From: a virus
DNA length: 64,000 nt
Reading direction: 5' to 3' (one strand)
IMG/VR virus record: IMGVR_UViG_3300030060_002342
Location: 4,416 to 68,415 of that record
Under the pieces are notes generated by a model, which was not told where the DNA came from, made no database searches, and saw only the letters and a list, made by a program, of their open reading frames with translations. This document shows positions 57,071 to 64,000 of the stretch, piece by piece. How positions within the stretch are numbered: position 1 is the first letter of the stretch; each line of letters starts with the position of its first letter. Both the position numbers and the translations under genes were made by a program.

Positions 57071-57082
57071 TATTATCACACG
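57071..57082 (-). promoter_or_regulatory. Class II promoter-like motif CGTGTGATAATA
   Basis: Intergenic, upstream of the ejection-protein operon. Confidence 0.55.
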
Positions 57083-57469
57083 TTATTTGCTACTTTCAAC
57101 TATTTCACTACCAACAGAAAACAATTCAATTTGCTCATTACTAGTGTTTTCCATCTTTACCTCAGCGTAGTAGCCAGCTAAGCTAGACATATTTGCTCTA
57201 TTATCTTTGCTAAATAGTATAAAGCTATTATTTGAAGGTCTAGTAGTACTTGCAGGTATATTTGTTTTAATTGTAAACTTACCAGCATGAACACCACTAG
57301 CCGCTCTAAATCTATTAACTTCAGTTATATTACCCATTTCAACTATATCACCTTGAGGACCATATGCTGTTGGTGCTCCAGATGTTGAGGTGTTTAAGTA
57401 ATAAGATACATCACCTACACTTACTGATTCATTTATTGGGTGGTCAAAACCTATAGTTATTAAAGCCAT
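57083..57469 (-). CDS. Structural hypothetical protein
   Basis: 128 aa; FSKDNRAN.SSL.GYYAEV...ELFSVGSE. Confidence 0.65.
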   Translation of the reverse strand: MALITIGFDHPINESVSVGDVSYYLNTSTSGAPTAYGPQGDIVEMGNITEVNRFRAASGVHAGKFTIKTNIPASTTRPSNNSFILFSKDNRANMSSLAGYYAEVKMENTSNEQIELFSVGSEIVESSK

Positions 57470-57479
57470 ATTTATTTAT

Positions 57480-59771
57480 TTAACAGTTAATTCCAAATTG
57501 GTTGTTGTGAGCATTTGCAGCTGAGCTATATTTCTTATCATCATTTATGTAAGCATTGAAAGTACCATTACTAACAGACTGACTTGTTATTCTACCAGCT
57601 GCAAAACTAGTAGTACCACAACCACCAGCTGTTGTAACATACCTAAAGTAATCACCTACAGAGAAACAACCACCAGGCATTAATGAAAGTTGATTACCTT
57701 CACAATAACTTGTAGCTGAAACGTGACCTGTAGCACCAGTTGCTTGACCTTGTGCGTTATATACATCAAAGCTCCATCTAGCACCAGAGAACGTTTGCTC
57801 TGTAATACTTATAGTAAATTGTTTTTCAAAAGTACCACCTGAACCATCTGTCGCTCTTAATCTAATGCTGTAACTACTCTTAACACTAAAGTCAAATACT
57901 TCAGCTGCTTTAAGTGACGTTCCAGTTATACTAAAGCTACTGTTGTTTGTTGATCCAGTACCTGTCACTAGAGCAAATGTATGTGAAGAACCATCTACGT
58001 CAGTAGCTTGCATTGAACCAATCACATCACCTATAGAGTTTCCTTCTTCAATCGATGCAGCAGATAATACTATATTTGTAGGTGCATCATTAACAGCTGT
58101 TACATTTACTGTAGCTGTTGAAGTGTTACTGTCTTGAACACCGTCGTTTACTTTATATGTAAAGCTAACATTTGTGTTATTGTTTGCGGCTGGAACATAT
58201 GTTACAGTACCATTTGAAGAACTTGTTAAAGTTAAAGTACCATTAGATCCTGTGCCATCAGAAACTATAGAGTATGTTAATGTTCCACCAGAAGGGTTTG
58301 TAATATTAGTTGCTAAATTAATGTTCTGCGTTGTATCTTCATTTCCAGTAGATGTAAAGTTAGATGTTGTAGGTGCTGCACTTAAAATGTTATTTAAGTT
58401 TAACGATGAAGTTGTGTTTGCAGAACCAAAAGCACCGACATTAAATCTACCAGCTATTGTTAATGTTGTACCACCACTACCAGTAACAGTAGGTTCTGAT
58501 AAAAAGAATTGATTACCATTTGTATCAACATTACTAAAATCATCAGGGAATATAGGTTGTCTAGCTAAAAACATATTTGCACTACTTGTTACAGTAAAGC
58601 TAGCTGTTTTTGAAGCAATATCAACCCCTAATCCAGCATCACCAGCAGCACCAACTAAAGTATCTTGTGTTCTACTTGATACATTAGAACCATTAACAGT
58701 TGTTAATGTTATAGTAATATCTTCTACTTGATTTAATGTTATATTAGGATTACTATTGTTGTAATTTGTTATATTACTACTTATAGTAGTACCAGACTCA
58801 GCAAGCACTTTTATATCAAATGATTCAGTTTTATTTGCTGGTGGACCTGGTATAACAATATAACACTCGTGAAAACCTGTAGCTCCTACTGTAACATTGT
58901 CTAGTTTAGTTGAGCTTGATGTAAATTTATCATCTAGCTCGCTAGTAAAATCATATGTATTGCTATCACTAGATCTTGTTACAGTTAATTCAAAACTAGC
59001 TGTAGGTGTACCATAAACTTTTAATACTCTAGTATCACCTCTTCTAGGTATACTTGAGTCATCTATTACTAATTTTTTTATTTCAGATGTTCCAGATTCA
59101 TTATCAGTAGCTGGTATATCAACAGCTGTTGCTGCAAAATCTATATTATCTCCTGCTACAAAAGCACCTGGCACTCTATATTTTACTATAAACCTTCTTT
59201 TAATTAATCTATTAAAGAAGTTATTGTTAACAGTATCTTCATGTTCTATTATATAATTAGTAGCTGTTCCTGTAGAAACCGTAGCTGTTGGCTCAGATGC
59301 AAAGTGTTTACCAGTAGCAGCTTCAAAAGTTTTTTCAAACAACGTTATTATAGTACCTTCAATACCAGCTCCATTATAAGCTTGTCCAGTATAAGTCGAT
59401 GGCGAAGCATTACTAACTGTAGCATCACTCGTACCAGCTATTGTATACTCTCTACTTTTCTTATCTTTAGCATCACCATCAATGTCTATTATATAATTAA
59501 TGCTAGCGTTAGGAACAAAGTTATTATCAAGATCACATGTTACTAAAACAGTATTATCATCGTGATAAGGATTTGCGTGACTATCTGTTATAGCTATAGA
59601 CGCTATTGGTGATCCAGATAAACTACCACTGTTGTTTGTAAAGTCTGCAGCAGCAACTACATAACCAGCATCTGGTGTTATAGTTAACACCTGACTTGCT
59701 GTAGTACTCAAAGCTTGACCTTGATTTACAGTTACCGAAGCTGAATTTATTGTACAATTATTTAATGCCAT
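57480..59771 (-). CDS. Virion protein with Ig-like (Big_9) and cadherin-like domains
   Basis: NEDT..I, VTYVPAAN, SFTYKVNDG, VTAVNDAPT, ATDVDG, YSIRLRATD. Confidence 0.75.
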   Translation of the reverse strand: MALNNCTINSASVTVNQGQALSTTASQVLTITPDAGYVVAAADFTNNSGSLSGSPIASIAITDSHANPYHDDNTVLVTCDLDNNFVPNASINYIIDIDGDAKDKKSREYTIAGTSDATVSNASPSTYTGQAYNGAGIEGTIITLFEKTFEAATGKHFASEPTATVSTGTATNYIIEHEDTVNNNFFNRLIKRRFIVKYRVPGAFVAGDNIDFAATAVDIPATDNESGTSEIKKLVIDDSSIPRRGDTRVLKVYGTPTASFELTVTRSSDSNTYDFTSELDDKFTSSSTKLDNVTVGATGFHECYIVIPGPPANKTESFDIKVLAESGTTISSNITNYNNSNPNITLNQVEDITITLTTVNGSNVSSRTQDTLVGAAGDAGLGVDIASKTASFTVTSSANMFLARQPIFPDDFSNVDTNGNQFFLSEPTVTGSGGTTLTIAGRFNVGAFGSANTTSSLNLNNILSAAPTTSNFTSTGNEDTTQNINLATNITNPSGGTLTYSIVSDGTGSNGTLTLTSSSNGTVTYVPAANNNTNVSFTYKVNDGVQDSNTSTATVNVTAVNDAPTNIVLSAASIEEGNSIGDVIGSMQATDVDGSSHTFALVTGTGSTNNSSFSITGTSLKAAEVFDFSVKSSYSIRLRATDGSGGTFEKQFTISITEQTFSGARWSFDVYNAQGQATGATGHVSATSYCEGNQLSLMPGGCFSVGDYFRYVTTAGGCGTTSFAAGRITSQSVSNGTFNAYINDDKKYSSAANAHNNQFGINC

Positions 59772-59774
59772 ATC

Positions 59775-62700
59775 TTAATATCCTGGGTTTTCATCATTGT
59801 TCTCTGTGATAGTTATAACTACCTGAGGAGTTGTTGTATCACCGTCTATGCTTTTTTGTCTACCTATACCTTGAACACTAAACTCTTTTGTGTCTAGGTT
59901 AGCTAATGTTGTAGCATCACCTTTTATATAGTTAAACCATTTATTTTCTTTATCTATAAATATAGGTACGTTACCACTCTGAACATCTGTAGTTATAGTT
60001 GGTGCATACCATCCAGTAATATCGCTAAAATCATATAATGATTCATCTACATTACCTGATTCTTTAGTTGCAACAACTCTAGTTCTAGTACCTTCGTAAT
60101 TTAAAGTTTTAAAACTTTTTATAGTACCTGGAAAATCATTTAGTATTAAAGTTAACGAAGAAGGTGTAAAGTTATTTCCATAAAACGTATTTCTCTGCGG
60201 GCTATCGTGTGAATATATTTCACCATTTTTAAATGTGTAATACATATTGTTTAAAGATAAACCACTTTCTTTTAAATAACTTTGTCTACTAGGCCAACCT
60301 TTAACTTGCTCTTTATAACACACTGTATCTTCATCACCTCTAGTATATAAGTGTGTAAACGTTAAACAGTATGAATTTTTATTATCATTATAACTACCAA
60401 CCATAGTATCACAAACTGCTAGCTTGTCTCTAAAGTAATCTACCATACCTGCAGCTGAGATTTCTGTTAAACCGTCTCTAGACAGCCTTAAAACAACTCC
60501 TCGCGCACGATCTGTAAAGTAAGCTCTAAAACCATATGATGCAAATGATTCTGGATTAGTACTAATACCATATTCACCTACATAAGGTACTGCTTGACCT
60601 AAAACAGCTTTGTTAGATGTTACGTTAGCACTACCATCAGCATTAAATAAAGCATCTTTGTTAGCTAATACTCTTAATATTTTATCTTCACAACAAACAA
60701 CTAGATCTGTGTTTCTTTGATGTAGTTTTTGTATTGACCCATACTCTGGGTTTAAATCTTTTGTTATTGCCTCTGCTATTATAAACTGATTTGTTCTATT
60801 AATACCAGACAGTGAGTTATATATTTGTGAAAATATTAAACCACCTTTTTTTCTTTCTTGTTTATATTGCTCAGCTAATACAGTTGATGCTTTTACACCT
60901 TTAGCTATTGTAGGTGTGTTAAAGTCGTCTCTTATTCTATTTGACTCTACACCATTACCAAAACTATAACAGTTCGTGTAATCTAATACATGATCATTTC
61001 CATGTTGAGCTATTGGTATAACATTACTAGCTTCGTAATATAAATCTACATCAATAGCTTCTCTTGGCTCTGTTTCCCATATAGCTGGATTATTTGTTGA
61101 AAAAGTATTTTCACCTAAATCAACTTCTAATATTTCTATAGTTGCCATTTGATTTGTATTTCTATTGGCATATTGAGTTTGTGAAAAACCAACTACAGGT
61201 TTATCTAACTTTAATGTAAATATAGTTCTTTGGTTTGACTCCCAGTGACCACTACCACCGTTGTAGTTTGTTACAAGTGTTACACACGAGTCTGTAATAG
61301 TGTAAATTTCAGGCTCACCTGTTAAACTATTAAATTGATCGTGTCTAAATCTAAACTTAGTTCCTTGAGCTCTTATTTTTTGAGCAAAATCATTAAACTG
61401 TGAATATCCGCCTGTATAAGTATCTCTAGTACCTAATATAGAAATACTGATATAATCTTTGTTTGCAAAAACACCAGGTGGTTTGTTTACACCAGATCTA
61501 TTTTCATACCATAGTTGACTATTACCATGAACATGATTAGCACCCCAGTGAGTAGATCTTCTACATCTATCAAATACCCATCTAAACTTGTTATCAAATA
61601 TATCATCTTTCCAGTGACCAGAGCTACTTGTACTACAACTACCATCTCTTCTCATTATAGGTGCTGTAGCAGCTACTCTATATGATACTTCATCTGTTGT
61701 TGTTAATATAGCTGTATTTAAGTATTGATCTCTATATACTTTTACAAAAAACCTACCTGAAAACTCAGCTTTGTTTTTTACTTCTTCTTGGAATATTTCA
61801 AATGCTAAACCTGCAGCAGGGCTACCGTGTGTACCTACTATTGACATATCAGAACCAAACTTACCGTCAATAGTTATATCAAAAAAGTCTGTACCACTAC
61901 CAGCATCTGTAAAAGCTATACTTGATATTTTATAATAATCACTTTTACCAGAAGCGGTTATAAACCTAACTAATAAACCTGATTTACCTGTTATACCTCC
62001 TGGTTCGTCTGAAAAACCTGAGTTTTCAATAAAATCTTTTTTAGATACTCTAAATACACTACCATCAACTGCTGGAAAATTAGATGCACCAAGCCCAGCT
62101 GTTGTTGTTCCAAAACTAGCTCTACCTTGTGAAGTTTTTATTTGTTTTAAAAACAATGGTGCTTCATTTGATATAGCTATTACTTTATATTTAGCTTCAG
62201 CTTCAACACATTCATCAGTATCGTGTTTTTTCTTTAATATTAAAAAGCTTTCTTCAGTAACTTTATTTCTTTCTGCAGATGGAAAACTTAACCATATATT
62301 ATCATCTTCAGCATCGTACCATCTATCCATTGCCATGTTATAATACTCATTAGAAGTTTCTTTGATAAAAAACTTAAACGATTTAGCAAAAGCAGGTTTA
62401 TCATGAAGCATTTTTACTTTAAACTGATTAAATGCTTTTGATGCGTTTTTAGGTATATTTTTAGAAGCGGTTGTATCTGTAAATACAGGTGTTTCTCTAC
62501 CATACTCATCTCTATAAACAACACCAAACTGATATGTTCTCTGGCTTTTTAACGATTTACCAGGTGATTTATATTGTACTGCTTGAGTAAAACCTGATCT
62601 AGGTTGAACACTAACTTCAAATTTAGGCTTTACGTCATCACCTGTTACTGTTAGCATATCAAAGTTTTGTACATAGTTACCATAAACTATTCTATTAGCA

Positions 62701-64000
62701 ACAAGCTCTTGTGATTTAGCTTTTAATGGAACACTATCAAATGCTCTTAATAATTGATTTGATGGTATTGTTTTGTATATAAGCTCTGATTCTAACTCAA
62801 ACTCATTAGCTGAGTATTCAGCATCATTATGTTTAAATGATTTTACAGTGTATATATTTGTATTAGATTCATCTTTATATAATACATCTACTTCAATTAC
62901 ACCTTTGTGAACACCCGTTGTAAAGCCAGATATTTTTAAATATCTTAAATCATTTTCCATACCTAAATTATAACCTTTTTTAGGGTTATATTCAAATTCT
63001 TTAGGTAAAAATGCTATTTCAGAAAATGGTCCTATTGTTGAATATTCACCATCTCTATATTTATATCTAACAGCAAATCTAACAAACTTATCTAAGAACA
63101 TAGCATCTTGTTGCTCTAGCTCTATAGTCCATGTTACAGCTGAAGTTGGTACTATTTCAGGTATACCTTGTATTTTAACATTAATCGTGCTACCACCAGA
63201 GTAACTAACAACCTCACATCTAACTGTAAAGTCAGGATCGTAACCATTTATATCAGGATCATTGCCTTGTGTAAATATAAGTATATCACCTGTTTGATAT
63301 GTTGGTAGTGGACCTGTTATTGTAACTGTAACGTTTTCACCAACCTCCATAGGTTCTGTGTTTGATGAATCGTAAAAGTTAGCAGTACCACTTGTATTTA
63401 TAATACCTGTAACACCACTGGCAGTAACTCTTCTAGTGTTTGCCATTGTTAATGTTGGAGCAGCACTTGGTCCTTTCTTTATAACTGTAATATCGTCTTC
63501 ACCTACATTGTAAGAAGCTCCTTGAGGAGTTTCATATTGTGTTGATGTTGCAAAATCTGTAGAACCAGCTTTTGATCTTTCTATATTAACTACCTTTGGC
63601 TCTCTATTATCATCTGTAAAAAACAATAAGCCATCAACTAGATTAATACCAGTTATTAGCTTATCTTTTTCTAAAAACAAAAATTTATCAGCATCAGTTG
63701 CGCCTGCATCTACAAGAACCGGAGTTGTATGGTTAGCTTTTTGATCATACTCTGCTATAGCATCTATATTATTACCAGCAATAAACCAGTATATTTTTTC
63801 GTTTTCAGTATCAGCAATACTACCAATACATTTACCACCTGCTATATTTACAATACTTCTTTTTCTATTACCTCTTACATTTTGAACAGCGCCAACATTA
63901 CTACCATCTGAGCCAGAGACTTCTATATTCATAGCATCTCTATACTCACCGTTAGGCAATAGCCTCTCGTCCAGGTCTTTATTCATTCTACCTGCTTGAA
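59775..64000 (-). CDS. Tail nozzle/stabilisation protein (5' end truncated by the window)
   Basis: Open frame to the window edge (QAGRMNKDLDERL); beta-propeller-like segments LFFTDD..EPK, YGISTNPES, YFTD..RG.VLRLS.DG. Confidence 0.75.
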   Translation of the reverse strand, partial: QAGRMNKDLDERLLPNGEYRDAMNIEVSGSDGSNVGAVQNVRGNRKRSIVNIAGGKCIGSIADTENEKIYWFIAGNNIDAIAEYDQKANHTTPVLVDAGATDADKFLFLEKDKLITGINLVDGLLFFTDDNREPKVVNIERSKAGSTDFATSTQYETPQGASYNVGEDDITVIKKGPSAAPTLTMANTRRVTASGVTGIINTSGTANFYDSSNTEPMEVGENVTVTITGPLPTYQTGDILIFTQGNDPDINGYDPDFTVRCEVVSYSGGSTINVKIQGIPEIVPTSAVTWTIELEQQDAMFLDKFVRFAVRYKYRDGEYSTIGPFSEIAFLPKEFEYNPKKGYNLGMENDLRYLKISGFTTGVHKGVIEVDVLYKDESNTNIYTVKSFKHNDAEYSANEFELESELIYKTIPSNQLLRAFDSVPLKAKSQELVANRIVYGNYVQNFDMLTVTGDDVKPKFEVSVQPRSGFTQAVQYKSPGKSLKSQRTYQFGVVYRDEYGRETPVFTDTTASKNIPKNASKAFNQFKVKMLHDKPAFAKSFKFFIKETSNEYYNMAMDRWYDAEDDNIWLSFPSAERNKVTEESFLILKKKHDTDECVEAEAKYKVIAISNEAPLFLKQIKTSQGRASFGTTTAGLGASNFPAVDGSVFRVSKKDFIENSGFSDEPGGITGKSGLLVRFITASGKSDYYKISSIAFTDAGSGTDFFDITIDGKFGSDMSIVGTHGSPAAGLAFEIFQEEVKNKAEFSGRFFVKVYRDQYLNTAILTTTDEVSYRVAATAPIMRRDGSCSTSSSGHWKDDIFDNKFRWVFDRCRRSTHWGANHVHGNSQLWYENRSGVNKPPGVFANKDYISISILGTRDTYTGGYSQFNDFAQKIRAQGTKFRFRHDQFNSLTGEPEIYTITDSCVTLVTNYNGGSGHWESNQRTIFTLKLDKPVVGFSQTQYANRNTNQMATIEILEVDLGENTFSTNNPAIWETEPREAIDVDLYYEASNVIPIAQHGNDHVLDYTNCYSFGNGVESNRIRDDFNTPTIAKGVKASTVLAEQYKQERKKGGLIFSQIYNSLSGINRTNQFIIAEAITKDLNPEYGSIQKLHQRNTDLVVCCEDKILRVLANKDALFNADGSANVTSNKAVLGQAVPYVGEYGISTNPESFASYGFRAYFTDRARGVVLRLSRDGLTEISAAGMVDYFRDKLAVCDTMVGSYNDNKNSYCLTFTHLYTRGDEDTVCYKEQVKGWPSRQSYLKESGLSLNNMYYTFKNGEIYSHDSPQRNTFYGNNFTPSSLTLILNDFPGTIKSFKTLNYEGTRTRVVATKESGNVDESLYDFSDITGWYAPTITTDVQSGNVPIFIDKENKWFNYIKGDATTLANLDTKEFSVQGIGRQKSIDGDTTTPQVVITITENNDENPGY

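Overview
This AT-rich window is most of a lytic, podovirus-like tailed phage genome, probably infecting marine Bacteroidota/Flavobacteriia (inferred from AT-rich leaders without Shine-Dalgarno sites and from gene content). Minus-strand morphogenesis genes occupy 1-21.7 kb: scaffold, portal, terminase, GroEL/GroES, fibres, holin and basic core proteins. They resume at 43-64 kb: lysis genes, a 2721-aa polyvalent ejection protein and a tail nozzle. A plus-strand early/replication block runs 22.1-43.0 kb: ligase, sigma factor, ERF, primase-helicase, class Ia RNR, a T4-gp42-like dCMP hydroxymethylase and sugar enzymes, but no recognisable DNA polymerase. Four observations stand out. (1) A split CMP-Kdo glycosylation system: KdsA, KdsB, a GT-A transferase and a GT29-like transferase in the metabolic block, plus an HP-motif transferase and two SAM methyltransferases interleaved with two Thr-rich mucin-like virion genes. 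(2) A 74-nt RNA resembling the tRNA-like domain of tmRNA without its mRNA domain, and a second tRNA-like minihelix. (3) Two repeated promoter-like motif classes. (4) A 44-bp palindromic site present twice in inverted orientation around the early region. All functional calls come from motif recognition by eye; no searches were run.
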